Assembly (NCBI GenBank): GCA_951406725.2
Contig: OX597842.1
Coordinates: forward strand, 20,150,001 to 20,214,000
Direction of reading: 5' to 3'
Source of the DNA: Octopus vulgaris
Lineage: Eukaryota
Length of the DNA: 64,000 nucleotides
The notes below the pieces were generated by a model. The model saw only the letters and a list, made by a program, of their open reading frames with translations, did no database searches and was not told where the DNA came from. Below, piece by piece: positions 50,144-64,000 of the stretch. Both the position numbers and the translations under genes were made by a program. Each line of letters begins with the position of its first letter. Position 1 is the stretch's first letter.

Positions 50144-52069
50144 AACAATAGTTTAAACAATACACGTGTGTCTCAAAACAAAAACAAAACGAATAATTTT
50201 AGACACACGCGTAACAATTAAATTAATTTATTAATTAATGAAAAAAAAACGAAAGGCTAAAATTAGGGTTAGGGTCAGTGTTAGTGAATTTTTTTTAAAC
50301 AAAGTAAATAAAACTCAAAAACACAAAGTAAGGATTGACTAGTCATGACTAGCTTGTGCGGATGCGTGACTACACAAGTGCGCGCACTGTGACGTCTATA
50401 CTCAAGTAGTACCGCCTCTTCGTCTGTGCCATAAGAGAAGTTTGTGTCAGTGACTGACGTTGTTTACCAAAACTGAAGAATTACGTCTGGAAATCTTTCG
50501 GCTTTGGCTGCAGAAGCGTCGAATTTGATCAGCGGATTGTTCGTAAATTCCCGTAAAAAATTATTTTCTTTTCTTTTATTTTGATGATGAGTGGAAGGCG
50601 ATATTTGCTTCTGAGAGGAGAAAGTGAAAGATGTGTGTCCCTGTTTATGAAAGATAACGGATGTACGCGCCATCACGCCATATTCAGCTGTATCTACTTG
50701 TAGTTAGTCACACCCAAACACACATCTACACTCCTTATCTTTCATATACATGTACGTAATAGACCGATAGAATAAGTACTGGGCTTACAAAGAATAAGTT
50801 CTAGGGTCGATTTCCTCGATTAAAGGCGGTGCTCCAGCATGGCCGCAGCCAAATGACTGAAATAAGTAAAAGAGTAAAGAGTAATATTGAAGTCTATTAT
50901 GAAAAAAAAATATGATAGGTTTGCACACACACACACATACTGACAGATATAACATTGTTCTATCAAAATTTCAAGTTTCAATTCACGATGTGTATGTAAT
51001 TATGTATGTGTGTGAGCCCACAAATTTTGTTTACATATTAAATTCTGAGATAATCGTTACCTTCACAATCCGAATGATATTTGTAGGAAATTCCACTAAA
51101 AAAATATCCATTTTTCCAAAAGTTATGAGGAAATAAAGCCAACTGATGTGAATTTTCCAAAACTTTTCACTCCACCTTCGGAAAACTTTTTCACATCAAA
51201 TTCCGATATATCCATTAATATCCATTTGTCAGAAAGTTATGAGTAAAGAAAGGTGTGTCATTTAAGGGAGATCTGCCTGTTGTTTCTAACACATTCCACA
51301 ACCACCTTTCTTGTTTCTTCCTCATTCTAACATGTATTCATGTTTTTCAATATTGTTGTCCCCATAAAAACATTTATGCTATTAAAAAAAACTGGTTTGA
51401 AAATTTGATTTTTGGTGGAATTCTCGTTTAAGAACCCCATATGACCACTCATAACCTTTTTACTTTTTGAATTTTTTAAAAATTCAGTACATTTTCAGTA
51501 AAATTCTAAAAAATAATATCTTTTATTTTTTTCTTTCAGAAACTAAGTTCTTTTCGTTGTTTGTATTTCCCAGTTGGTTTTTGAAACTTCCCATTGCATC
51601 AAGCCACAACTATAAGGTTTGTCCAAAAAGAAGAGATTCTGTTGTAAATATTGGATTGTATTGTAATAAAAACACAAGATATATATTAAAGATTATTTCG
51701 TAAAATTAAGGTGAACATCAGTAATATATCGATATGCTATTTTCTGATACTGATTCTCTTAAATTAATAATTAAGATGATATTTCATTTTATGATCCATT
51801 TTATGTCTTTTCAATAATTATATTAATTTGTGTGTGTTGCAAAAATTTTCTGAAATTATAAGAACTGTTTAAACCAGGATTCTACCTGGAAGGCCACAAT
51901 TATACAAATACCTGTAATTTGGTATTTGTTTTCATTCAGCAAGAAGAAAGAAAGAGACAAAAAATGCAGTTGCTTTAGTGTTGTATAGTAATTGATAAAA
52001 CTCAAAAAAAAAGGGGAGGAGGCGGAAACAATGCAAAGTTTAAATCTGTCTCTTCAAATTTTACATTAA

Positions 52070-52290
52070 CCCTTTTGTTACCAACCCGACCGAAACCATC
52101 TCTGGCTCTGTAGTACAAATGTCTTGTTTTCTTAAGTTTTGAATTCAAATCTTCCACCAAACCTTAATCACAATTTATGTTCCTAACACTATCTTAATGA
52201 TAACTAAGTTATTTTACTAAATTCTTTGTTATATTTAAAGTAATTGAAAGAAACACAGAACATCTCGACAGAAATATGGTAAAGAAAGGG
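52070..52290. mobile_element. piggyBac-type MITE
   Basis: TTAA-CCCTTTTGTTACC ... GGTAAAGAAAGGG-TTAA. Confidence 0.75.
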
Positions 52291-54012
52291 TTAAGGAATG
52301 GAACATACAGTTTGTTGTAATTCAGACCACCTCAAGGTCCCAGCAGACAAAATAGAAAAGGAGTTGCCCTAGAGGAGGGCAATGGAGACCCACAGGGCTT
52401 GCACATGCAGGTAGCCATTTCTGCCCGATAGCTGTGAGCAGGGATACAGCTGAGGGCCCTAGGGTGCCAGAGGTCTCCAATGTGCACACTCGACCATAAA
52501 CCCACCATTCCAAAAAGATTTCATTCCAAAAATTTTCCTCAATAAAAATCGTTATTTTATCTTTTTTTGTATGTAGTTTTAATTTAGAGGGTACCATTTG
52601 AAATAGGTGTCACCATGAATTTTTGAAAATATTTAAATGTAATTTCTACTGTTTTTTTGTTTTTCTTGGTGAAATGAAAGGATGAGTGATTTTCACATGA
52701 AAAGATGGGTGATATGAGGGAGATTTAGCTGTTGTGTCTTGCATATCACACAGACACTGTGTACCTTTCACAGAATTACATGTAGACATAGATTAAAGAA
52801 CAAACAAAATGTGAAAACTAATTCCTTATTTTAAGCATTAAAAATGTAAATTCAAGACTCTATCAATATCTGTAACTTACTGGAAACTCATTAGGAGATG
52901 TGGAGAGAGAGAGAGACAACCCAAAGACCGAGGAGCCGCCAGTTGCTGAAACAGACACTCCGAGGATTTTCACCAGAGCACCGTCTGCCGGGTTGTGGGC
53001 CTAATACCACTCGGTGTAAGACCAATCTGCCTTGGGTGGCCCTACAAGGAACCGAAGTTCCCGACAGCATAGCTCTGACACTACCCGTTGCCAGTGTCCC
53101 CACCACGGTGAGGAGGGGATGGACTTCGGGGACGCATGATTTTTTAATGCAACATGAGTTATGGTGCTTGAGTGCATTGAACTAGAACGAGGGTTGTCAT
53201 TCAACAGTCCAAGAAAAAAACAAAGTTTGTAAATGCGAGGAAATACCATGGAGTTTCAGGGACCCTGACATGATCTGTAACTGTTGGATTTTCAGAAAAA
53301 CTATACAAGAAGGCGCAGGAGTGGCTGTGTTGTAAGTAGCTTGCTTATTAACCACATGGTTCCGGGTTCAGTCCCACTGCATGGCATCTTGGGCAAGTGT
53401 CTTCTGCTATAGCCCCGGGCTGACCAATGCCTTGTGAGTGGATTTGGTAGATGGAAACTGAAAGAAGCCTTTCATATATATGTATATATATATATGTATG
53501 TATGTGTCTGTGTTTGTCCCCCTAGCATTGCTTCACAACCGATGCTGGTATGTTTACGTCCCCGTCACTTAGCGGTTCGGCAAAAGAGACTGATAGAATA
53601 AGTACTGGGTTTACAAAGAATAAGTCCCGGGGTCGATTTGCTCGACTAAAGGCGGTGCTCCAGCATGGCCGCAATCAAATGATTGAAACAAGTAAAAGAG
53701 TAAAGAGTAAGAAGAATGTTCATAGTTTCAAATGATTTAGAATTTTCTTCAGAAAACGTTTATTTTGACGTGAAAATGCTGTAGCAAAAAGTGTTTGTGC
53801 AAGTTCAAACTGCACTTGTCTCTACTGTACAGCGTTCTGTAGTATTCGAAATAGTTAAGAATAAGATCTCCAATGCCACAGGCTCGACCACAAATCTATT
53901 AAAGAGTGACTGATGATATTGTGACTGTTTGTTTTTCTCAGCCTGACCAGCTTCGGACCCTGGGTTATAAACTTTGTTATTTTGCAAATTTTGAAATTTA
54001 TTTTTTCAGATC

Positions 54013-54058
54013 ATGGCTAAATGGAACTTGTTCTGCTATTTGTTTGTAACATTTGTCT
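54013..54058 (+). CDS. Signal-peptide (leader) exon, right gene copy
   Basis: ttttcAG-atcATG; MAKWNLFCYLFVTFV plus 1 nt; GTaagt donor. Confidence 0.8.
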
Positions 54059-55775
54059 GTAAGTATTATTTATATTTTATTTAATTTTTTTCCATAACTT
54101 GTAAGTAGGGTTTGCAATTATTAAAATTTTTAAACCAAAGATTGGGGTGACTGGATGTCAAAAAAATACCAAATACCAAACTTCCAGTTTCTGCTTTCTA
54201 GTAAACATTGCAGAAAAGTTTCCATAACAATTTTAAAACTGAAAAGCCCAGGTCCAGGGTATGCCATGGACCTCCGATGCACCACTTCAGATCCCTGTGA
54301 TATCTATTGGATAGTTTGTACCCCTGATTTTTATCTAAATTTTTGGTGAAAAAAAAGTGAGACCTATTTGTGAGTATGGATGGTACATCTACCAACAATG
54401 AAGTAACCCCGATTGCCAAGAAAGGAGCTGTAACACCATACATTCTCCCCTTTGATTTTCTGTACCTTTCTAGTCTGTGTAAGTTTGCTCTGTTAATATT
54501 TAATTCAGATTTCTGATGCTTGAATATTCTCCGTCTGAAATTTTTCAGTCTTTGCTTCCTCTCTATTAACGTGTACGCATGGATGTATATCTAACCCACT
54601 CAGTTTTATTTGTTTATTTACATCGTTATCTCCATATCTGCCCACCTGGATTCCCCTTATAGCCACTCTTTACCCCATGGACTTTGTTCTTGGTAAAGAT
54701 TTCAGAGTGTAGCTTCATTTGAGTAGGGCTAAGTGTTTTCAATACAGACTGTCCCAGAATTAATTATCTATTTCAGTGAAATTGGACCCTTTTTTTTTAA
54801 AGGTCCTTTTTGTTTCTGCTTCACATATTTAATATATGTTAATTGATTAAATTTTTAATTTTGTTTATAATTTTATTTTCATTCCTTATCTGTCCATGAC
54901 AGCTTTTTTCAATATGACTGCAATAAATTACTTTACCACAATGCCCCAGATGGAGCAATCTTTTAGCTGAACTTAAAGAATGCATTCAGTTAGCAGTGCA
55001 GAAGATAAACTCCAGAAATACTTCCAAATGTGTTTCACAAGTCTACAGATACATTTGAAATTTCCAGGGGGCCGATGGAGCACATTTTGAAAATTCTCAA
55101 TAAAGTTTTGATGAAAGATTTATAAATTACACGTTACTGGCACAGGTGCCTTTTACTAATTACCGACACTGGCCACATCCTTGATTTCCATTAGCTTGAC
55201 ATATCTTCTGAAGAAGAGCAAATCCCCAGGAATCACAGTCACTTATCAATACATGTCAGCCTCAACATCCAAAGCCCTCATGTTCCACCGTTTTGTCCTG
55301 CACCTTCCAGGGTCCACCTCTTCCACAGATTGCCTCCACAGTTAGAGATCAGCACTTCTTTACATAGCAGTCCTTGTCTGTTCATTTTTAGAATGACATT
55401 GTAAGACAGGTGTAAAAGGATGACCCATTACCAGTTTAAACACGAAACAGGTAGAATCTTTGTGCCAGGTATGGCTACTTTAACTCGTTAGCAATCAATT
55501 TATTTCGCTTAATGTAATGCTCATTTAGACTTTGTTTTTGAATTAATCATTCATTATCTTATAGTTTTGACATTTTGATGATGTGATTGTTTATTTTTAG
55601 ACTGACATTGTAGGGTAGGTGTGAGGGGTTGGACCCGGCCACTTAGAACATAAAACAGATATGGCTGGTTTAATCATTTAGCAATCAAATTACTGTGAAA
55701 TATAATGTTCATTTATTCACATTATTTTGAATTATTTCATCTTAAAATCAAAATTTTTGTTTTCATCTTTTACAG

Positions 55776-55814
55776 GTTTGTCAAGGGCAAAAAAGTATAG
55801 GATCACCCAAAGTG
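55776..55814 (+). CDS. 39-nt exon, cassette 1
   Basis: ttttacAG/GTaaat boundaries; (C)LSRAKKYRITQS(G). Confidence 0.75.
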
Positions 55815-55829
55815 GTAAATATATTCTTC

Positions 55830-57048
55830 TTTCCTGCCTTTGACCCTCCAACGCGGAGTATAGGCCACTCATAATTGAATTCCATGTTTCATAATTTTTC
55901 ACTTCTGTACTTATACTCTGCCAGGAATGTCCCCCTTTCTCTAGTTCCTTTTGTGTTGATCTACGCCACAAGTTCTTAGGCCTACCTTTCTTTTTACATC
56001 CAACCGGTTTCCACTTTAAACACTTTTCGCTACATTTAGTGTGTCTTTTCTAATTGTGCTACCAATCCACTTCCTCCTTTTCTTAAATATTTGCTCCCTA
56101 ATCAAAACTTGATTTGTTCATTGCCATAGCTCCATATTGCGTATGTGTTGGGGCCATCTAATTTTAAGTATACTACGCAAGCATCTGTTGATGAATGATT
56201 GTATTTGCTTATTTGACTTGACTGTTGTTTGCCATGTCTCAGCCCCATACAATAACACCACTTTTACGTTAGTGTTAAAAATTCTTAACTTAAGTTAAGT
56301 TAATTTTGGGCCTCAAAAAGCAAACAGCAAAAGGCCATGTAGGGGAACATGGAGTTATGTACAGGGTGGTGTTCATGCAAAGAGTTCAGGCCATTTGTGG
56401 TCAAGGGAGACTTTGAACCGAGCGGTCGTCGGCATCTTCACTATCTCGTCCGGCAGCTTATTCCACGGAACCGCAACCCGGACAGAGAAGGACCCCTCTC
56501 CTTCGATTGAGATGAAATCGTCACAGATAGAGCTTTTCGGAGTGACCCCGCAGCCGACGCTCTGGAGCAGGAGTGAAGAACAGCTCTTTCGAGAGGTTAT
56601 TTTGTTGTTTATTGAAATTACACTTGCGCTCCATACCTTCTTTAACAGGTGAAAAACGGTCCTTGCCTTACTTATTCTCACCTTAATATCTTCGTCGGTG
56701 CCACCTGAAAACGTTATCTTACTACCTGAATACATAAACTCAGCTACATCCTTCAGTTCACCAGTTTCTAGTTGAATACATTCAATGTTTACTACATTAA
56801 CGTGCATAATTTTTGATTTGAGGTTGACTTTCAATCCTAGTTTGGCAGCTATTGCTTCTAATTTTGACATTTTATTTTGCATTTGGCTATGTTTGTGAAA
56901 GCAGCCCCCTATCATCTGCAAAGTCGAGATCTTCTACAGCTTCCACATCCGTCCATTCAATGACTGTTTGGCTTTCAATCGTAGTTTCCTTCATGATCCA
57001 ATCTATGACTAATAGAAATAAAAAGGGAGAAAGTATACAGCCCTGTCC
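55830..57048 (-). mobile_element. Degenerate RTE-clade LINE (RT C-terminal half) with a nested CR1 3' fragment (56290-56597)
   Basis: GQGCILSPFLFLLVIDWIMK...DLDFADD...GGTDEDIKVRISKAR...LLYGAETW; duplicated at ~61320-62536. Confidence 0.8.
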
Positions 57049-57149
57049 TATTAAATCTAAATAATTAGTTAATAAATTATATGAATTGGTATTATCTGGA
57101 AGTTGATGATTGAAAGGAATCTATTCATCCATTTTCTTATTTTGTGTGT

Positions 57150-57186
<37 letters not shown>

Positions 57187-57986
57187 TAAAGAGTATTTGC
57201 CAACATAATGTGGCAGTCTTGGTTAGGACGAATGATACCGTAAATTTAGTCTCAGGAAACATCATCTCCGGCTGGTGATACAGCACACTATCTGCATACC
57301 AATGGTCTCTGTGTTATTTCCCTTCATCAGCACAGAATAACTGCTCGGCTAGAGATGACTCCACTAAACTCTTGTCCAAAATATATACTTTTCAAAGTGA
57401 CACACAGTCACTGATCTAAAAAATAGAAAATTATTTCTAAATCTCTAAACAAAAGACATTGAGTAACAGTACTCTAGGGTAAAGATTATTCGCCAACATA
57501 ATGTGGCGGTCCTGGTTAGGACGATTGTTACTGTTCCTTAGCCCTAGGAAACATTGTCTCCAGCTGACTATATGACGCACTAGCTGCATCATTATATTTT
57601 CAAACAAGGGAGTTTAGCATCCCATAGGACATAGATAATGTGTCATATACCCAGCTGGAGGCAGTGTTTCCTAGGGCTAGATAACAGTAACGATCATCCT
57701 AACTAGGAATGCCATATTATGCTGGCAAATAATCCTTACTCTCGAGTAATGTTACTGAATGTTTCTCATTCAGTGACTTAGAAATAATAACTTCCTAATT
57801 ACATATATATATACATTTATATAAACAATGGGCTTCTTTCAGTTTCCATCTATCAAATACACTCACAGGGCTTTGGTCGGCCTGAGGCTATGGTGGAAGA
57901 CACTTGCCCAAGGTGTCATGCAGTGGAACTGAACCCGGAACAATGTGATTGGTAAACAAGCTACCCACCACACAGCCACTCGTGAA

Positions 57987-58031
<45 letters not shown>

Positions 58032-58291
58032 CAATGGGCTTCGCTCAGTTTCCATCTATCAAATCCACTAACAAGGCTTTGAAACACACAAATGTGTATG
58101 TATATACATATATGCACACACATATACATACACACACACACACATACATACAATGGGCTTCTTTCAGTTTTCATCTAGCAAATCCACACAGGCTGTAGTA
58201 GAAGACACTTTCCCAAGGTGCAGTGTAGTGGGACTGAACCCGGGACCATATGATTGGAAAGCAAACTTCTTTACTGATTTTTTTATTTCAG

Positions 58292-58540
58292 GAATTGCTC
58301 TGCTCAATGGATGTCTCACCCTTTCGATAACAACACCCAATATGATACGACCGGTGGTTTGGAAATGCGGCAATTATAAATATGAATGTGACAGGACATG
58401 CGCTGATGGCCCTGACTATAAAGTGACACAGGATGGAAATACCTCCACGCTTTGGATCAGAAAAGTAACTAAGAAATGTTCGATTTGGAAATTTGAAGAT
58501 GACAACCTTAATGTTGGAAAAATTAATTTGGAGATAAAGA
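58292..58540 (+). CDS. 249-nt Ig-like domain exon, cassette 1
   Basis: ttatttcAG/GTaaga boundaries; GIALLNGCLTLSITTPNMIRPVVWKCGNYKYECDRTCADGPDYKVTQDGNTSTLWIRKVTKKCSIWKFEDDNLNVGKINLEIK. Confidence 0.8.
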
Positions 58541-61261
58541 GTAAGAAATGATTTATAATAATTTCTTTATTAACCACAGAGGGCTAACACAAAGCAAAAC
58601 ATTCGGGAGGGTCCAGTGTGGGTTTTAGCATGTAAAAAGTCATACAAAGAATAAAAGAAATTCAAAGTAAAACCCCTGATAGTGGGGGGACTGTCAAGGG
58701 CTACACGTAAAGAAAGCCCACAAAATCCATGGTCTCCCTGACCACGAGGGTGGATGCCCTCTCCCGTCTTTCCTCTCCAATATACAGGTACACTCTGAGA
58801 GAAGGCCCATTCACTCAGGTAATGCTCACCTCTCTCACCCACCTTTCAACAAACTGCTTGGAAGCCAGCACTTACCTCTCCACCCTGATTTTCCTCTTCA
58901 AGTGAAACCTGAAAAAGTTTATTAGGGTTTTGACAAAATGGCAATTGCTGGTCTTCAGCCTTTTCAGACTTGTCCACTATATGATCCCCTTTGCCATGGG
59001 CCCCGAGCAGATAAAAACTGGTTGCCCTTCCTGGTTGAAGGAAAGTAGAGGGGCCATCTTCACAATGGACTCAGCTGATAGTTGTATATAATAAGGGTTT
59101 CTTTTATTTGCCACAAGGGCAAAGGATAAGGGGGTCAATACCAAGGTGTGTGTGTGGGGGGTTATATTCTCTTTCTCTTTTTACTTGTTTCAGTCATTTG
59201 ACTGTGGCCATGCTGGAGCACCGCCTTTTGTCGATCAAATCGACCCCAGGATTTATTCTTTGCAAGCCTAGTACTTATTCTATCGGTTCTCTTTTGCCAA
59301 ACCGCTAAGTAATAGGGCCGTAGACAAACCAGCATCAGTTGTCAAGCGATGTTTGGAGGACAAACAGACACACAAACACACATATATATATACATATATA
59401 TGACGGGCTTCTTTCAGTTTCTGTCTACCAAATCCACCCCTAGGCTTTGGTCGGCCCAAGGCTATAGTAGAAGACACTTGCCCAAGGTGCCACACAGTGG
59501 GACTAAACCCGGAACCATGTGGTTGGTAAGCAAGCTACTTACCACACAACCACTCCTTCGCCTATTGATAACTCTTACTATAACTTTGTAAGTAGGGTTT
59601 GCAATTATCAAAATTTTTAAACTAAAGATTGGGGTGACTGGATGTCAAAAAAATACCAAATACCAAACTTCCAGTTTCTGCTTTCTAGTAAACATTGCAG
59701 AGAAGTTTCCATAACAATTTTAAAACTGAAAAGCCCAGGTCCAGGGTATGCCATGGACTACCGATACACCACTTCAGATCCCTGTGATATCTATTGGATA
59801 GGTTGTGCCCCTGATTTTTATCTAAAATGTTGGTGAAAAAAAGCGAGACCTATTTGTGAGTATGGATGGTACATCTACCAAAGATGAAGTAACCCCGATT
59901 GCCAAGAAAGGAGCTGTAACACCATACATTCTTCCCTTTGATTTTCTGTGCCTTTCTAGTCTGTGTAAGTTTGCTCTGTTAATATTTAATTCAGATTTCT
60001 GATGCTTGAATATTCTCCGTCTGAAATTTTTCAGTCTTTGCTTCCTCTCTATTAACGTGTACGCATGGATGTATATCTAACCCACTCAGTTTTATTTGTT
60101 TATTTACATCGTTATCTCCATATCTGCCCACCTGGATTCCCCTTATAGCCACTCTTTACCCCATGGACTTTGTTCTTGGTAAAGATTTCAGAGTGTAAGG
60201 TCATTTGAGTAGGGCTAAGTGTTTTCAATACAGACTGTCCCAGAATTAATTATCCATTTCAGTGAAATTGGACCCTTTTTTTTTAAAGGTCCTTTTTGTT
60301 TCTGCTTCACATATTTAATATATGTTAAGTGATTAAATTTTTAATTTTGTTTATAATTTTATTTTCATTCCTTATCTGTCCATGACAGCTTTTTCAATAC
60401 GATTGCAATAAATTTCTTTCCCACAATGCCCCAGATGGAGCAATCTTTTAGCTGAACTTAAAGAATGCATTCAGTTAGCAGTGCAGAAGATAAACTCCAG
60501 AAATACTTCCAAATGTGTTTCACAAGTCTACAGATACATTTGAAATATCCAGGGGGCCGATGGAGCACATGTTGAAAATTCTCAATAAAGTTTTGAGGAA
60601 AAATTTATAAATTACACGTCACTGGCACAGGTGCCTTTTACTAATTACCGACACTGGCCACATCCTTGATTTCCATTAGCTTGACATATCTTCTGAAGAA
60701 GAGCAAATCCCCAGAAATCACAGTCACTTATCAATACATGTCAGCCTCAACATCCAAAGCCCTCATGTTCCACCGTTTTGTCCTGCACCTTCCAGGGTCC
60801 ACCTCTTCCACAGATTGCCTCCACAGTTAGAGATCAGCACTTCTTTACATAGCAGTCCTTGTCTGTTCATTTTTAGAATGACATTGTAAGACAGGTGTAA
60901 AAGGCTGACCCATTACCAGTTTAAACATGAAACAGGTAGAATCTTTGTGCCAGGTATGGCTACTTTAACTCGTTAGCAATCAGTTTATTTCGTTTAATGT
61001 AATGCTCATTTAGTCTTGGTTTTTGAATTAATCATTCTTTATTTTGTAGTTTTGACATTTTGCTGATGTGATTGTTTATTTTTAGACTGACATTGTAGGG
61101 TAGGTGTGAGGGGCTGGACCCGGCCACTTAGAACATAAAACAGATATGGCTGGTTTAATCATTTAGCAATCAAATTACTGTGAAATATAATGTTCATTTA
61201 TTCACATTATTTTGAAATATTTCATCTTAAAATCAAAAATTTTTGTTTTCATCTTTTACAG

Positions 61262-61300
61262 GTTTCTCAAGTGCAAACATTTACAAGATCACCCAAAGTG
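61262..61300 (+). CDS. 39-nt exon, cassette 2
   Basis: ttttacAG/GTaaat boundaries; (x)FSSANIYKITQS(G). Confidence 0.75.
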
Positions 61301-62658
61301 GTAAATATATTCTTCTTTCCTACATTTGACCCTCCAACGTGGAGTATAGGCCACTCATAATTGAATTCCATGTTGCATAATTTTTCACTTCTGTACTTAT
61401 ACTCTGCCAGGAATGTCCCCCTTTTTCCAGTTCCTTTTGTGTTGATCTATGCCACAAGTTCTTAGGTCTACCTCTGTTTCTATATCCAACCGGTTTCCAC
61501 TTTAAACACTTTTTGCTACATTTGGCGTGTCTTTTCTAATTGTGCTACCAATCCACTTCCACTTTTTCTTAAATATTTGCTCCCTAATCGAAAATTGATT
61601 TGTTCTTTACCATAGCTCCATATTGCTTATGTGTTGGGGCCATCTAATTTTAAGTATACTACGCAAGCATCTGTTGATAAATGATTGTATTTGCTTATTT
61701 GACTTGACTGTTGTTCGCCATGTCTCAGCCCCATACAATAACACCGCTTTTACGTTCGTGTTAAAAATTCTTAACTTAGGTTAAGTTAAGATAATTTTTG
61801 GGCTCAAAAAGCAAAAAGCAAGGCCATGTAGGGGAACATGGAGTTATGTACAGGGTGGTGTTCATGCAAAGAGTTCAGGCCATTTGTGGTCAAGGGAGAC
61901 TTTGAACCGAGCGGTCGTTGGCATCTTCATTATCTCGTCCGGCAGCTTATTCCACGGATCCGCAACCCTGACAGAGAAGGACCCTCTCCTTCGATTGAGA
62001 TGAAATCGTCACAGATAGAGCTTTTCGGAGTGACCCTGCAGCCGACACTCTGGAGCAGGAGTGAAGAACATCTCTTCCGAGAGGTTACTTTGTTGTTTAT
62101 TGAAATTACACTTGCGCTCCATACTTTCTTTAACAGGTGAAAAACGGTCCTTGCCTTACTTATTCTCACCTTAATATCTTCATCGGTGACACCTGAAAAC
62201 GTTATCTTACTACCTGAATACATAAACTTGGCTACATCCTTCAGTTCACCGGTTTCTAGTTGAATACATTCAATGTTTACTACATTAACGTGCATAATTT
62301 TTGATTTGAGGTTGACTTTCAATCCTAGTTTGGCAGCTATTGCTTCTAATTTTGACATTTTATTTTGCATTTGGCTATGTTTGTGAAAGCAGCGCTATAT
62401 CATCTGCAAAGTCGAGATCTTCTACAGCTTCTAAATCCGTCCATTCAATGACTGTTTGGCTTTCAATCGTAGTTTCCTTCATGATCCAATCTATGACTAA
62501 TAGAAATAAAACGGGAGAAAGTATACAGCCCTGTCCTATTAAATCTAAATAATTAGTTAATAAATTATATGAATTGGTATTATCTGGAAGTTGATGATTG
62601 AAAGGAATCTATTCATCCATTTTCTTATTTTGTGTGTATATGTATATATATATATGTG

Positions 62659-62722
<64 letters not shown>

Positions 62723-63521
62723 AAAGAGTATTTGCCAACATAATGTGGCAGTCTTGGTTAGGACGAATGATACCGTAAATTTAGTCTCAGGAAACATCAT
62801 CTCCGGCTGGTGATACAGCACACTATCTGCATACCAATGGTCTCTGTGTTATTTCCCTTCATCAGCACAGAATAACTGCTCGGCTAGAGATGACTCCACT
62901 AAACTCTTGTCCAAAATATATACTTTCCAAAGTGACACACAGTCACTGATCTAAAAAATAGAAAATTATTTCTAAATCTCTGAACAAAAGACATTGAGTA
63001 ACAGTACTCTAGGTTAAAGATTATTTGCCAACATAATGTGGCAGTCCTGGTTAGGACGATTGTTACTGTTCTTTAGCCCTAGGAAACATCGTCTCCAGCT
63101 GGCTATATGACGCACTAGCTGCATCCTTATATTTTCAAACAAGGAAGTTTAGCATCCCATAGGACATAGATAATGTGTCATATACCCAGCTGGAGGCAGT
63201 GTTTCCTAGGGCTAGATAACAGTAACAATCATCCTAACTAGGACTGCCATATTATGTTGGCAAATAATCCTTACTCTCGAGTAATGTTACTGAATGTTTC
63301 TCATTCAGTGACTTAGAAATAATAATTTTCTATTTACATATATATATACATTTATATAAACAATGGGCTTCTTTCAGTTTCCATCTATCAAATACACTCA
63401 CAGGGCTTTGGTCGGCCTGAGGCTATGGTGGAAGACACTTGCCCAAGGTGTCATGCAGTGGAACTGAACCCGGAACAATGTGATTGGTAAACAAGCTACC
63501 CACCACACAGCCACTCGTGAA

Positions 63522-63576
<55 letters not shown>

Positions 63577-63839
63577 AATGGGCTTCGCTCAGTTTCCATC
63601 TATCAAATCCACTAACAAGGCTTTGAAACACGCAAGTGTGTATGTATATACATATATACACACACACATATACATACACACACACACACACATACATACA
63701 ATGGGCTTCTTTCAGTTTCCATCTAGCAAATCCACACAGGCTGTAGTAGAAGACACTTTCTCAAGGTGCTGTGTAGTGGGACTGAACCCGGGATCGTATG
63801 ATTTGGAAGCAAACTTCTTAACTGATTTCTTTATTTCAG

Positions 63840-64000
63840 GAATTGCTCTGCTCAATGGATGTCTCACCCTTTCAATAACAATACCTAATATGAAACGACC
63901 GGTGGTTTGGAAATGCGGCAATTATAAATATGAATGTGACAGGACATGCGCTGATGGCCCTGACTATAAAGTGACACAGGATGGAAATACCTCCACGCTT
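63840..64000 (+). CDS. Ig-like domain exon, cassette 2 (truncated by the window end)
   Basis: ttatttcAG acceptor; GIALLNGCLTLSITIPNMKRPVVWKCGNYKYECDRTCADGPDYKVTQDGNTSTL. Confidence 0.75.

Larger units (their letters stand above)
53803..59155. repeat. Inverted segmental duplicate of 1-5798
   Basis: Reverse-complement match over 1-~1740, ~2400-3435 and ~5500-5798, with copy-specific TE insertions. Confidence 0.9.
59582..64000 (+). repeat. Direct tandem duplicate (~5.5 kb period) of the sequence from 54094 onward
   Basis: Both copies begin at AACTT(T)GTAAGTAGGGTTTGCAATTA, just 3' of the leader exon, and stay colinear to the window end. Confidence 0.92.

Noticed and set aside
49660-51615. Candidate 5' non-coding exons of the right Ig-like gene (donor at ~49712; 51540-51615)
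   Set aside because: Plausible splice signals, but there is no counterpart in the left copy and no frame constraint; not supportable without transcripts.

Overview
AT-rich, repeat-dense eukaryotic DNA. The SINE and LINE families resemble those I recognise from octopus, so a coleoid cephalopod source is inferred. The centre (25.7-42.3 kb) holds two tandem replication-dependent core-histone quartets (H4<->H3, H2A<->H2B), each gene with a 3' stem-loop, and no H1. A ~16.5 kb higher-order tandem array built from transposon fragments precedes them (9.1-25.7 kb). The two window ends form an inverted segmental duplication carrying a spliced gene that the ORF track misses: leader exon(s), a 39-nt exon and a 249-nt exon, together encoding a secreted or cell-surface protein with a non-canonical Ig-like domain. 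The right copy has the 39+249 cassette tandemly duplicated. The left copy has two mutually incompatible leader exons, and the copies differ mostly by amino-acid-changing substitutions. Introns of this gene contain hammerhead-ribozyme motifs, one apparently intact, in Penelope-like remnants. The rest is SINEs, LINE 3' fragments (RTE, CR1, Tx1-like), Merlin-, piggyBac- and Tigger-like MITEs, Helitron-like elements and long palindromes. All alignments and counts were done by eye.
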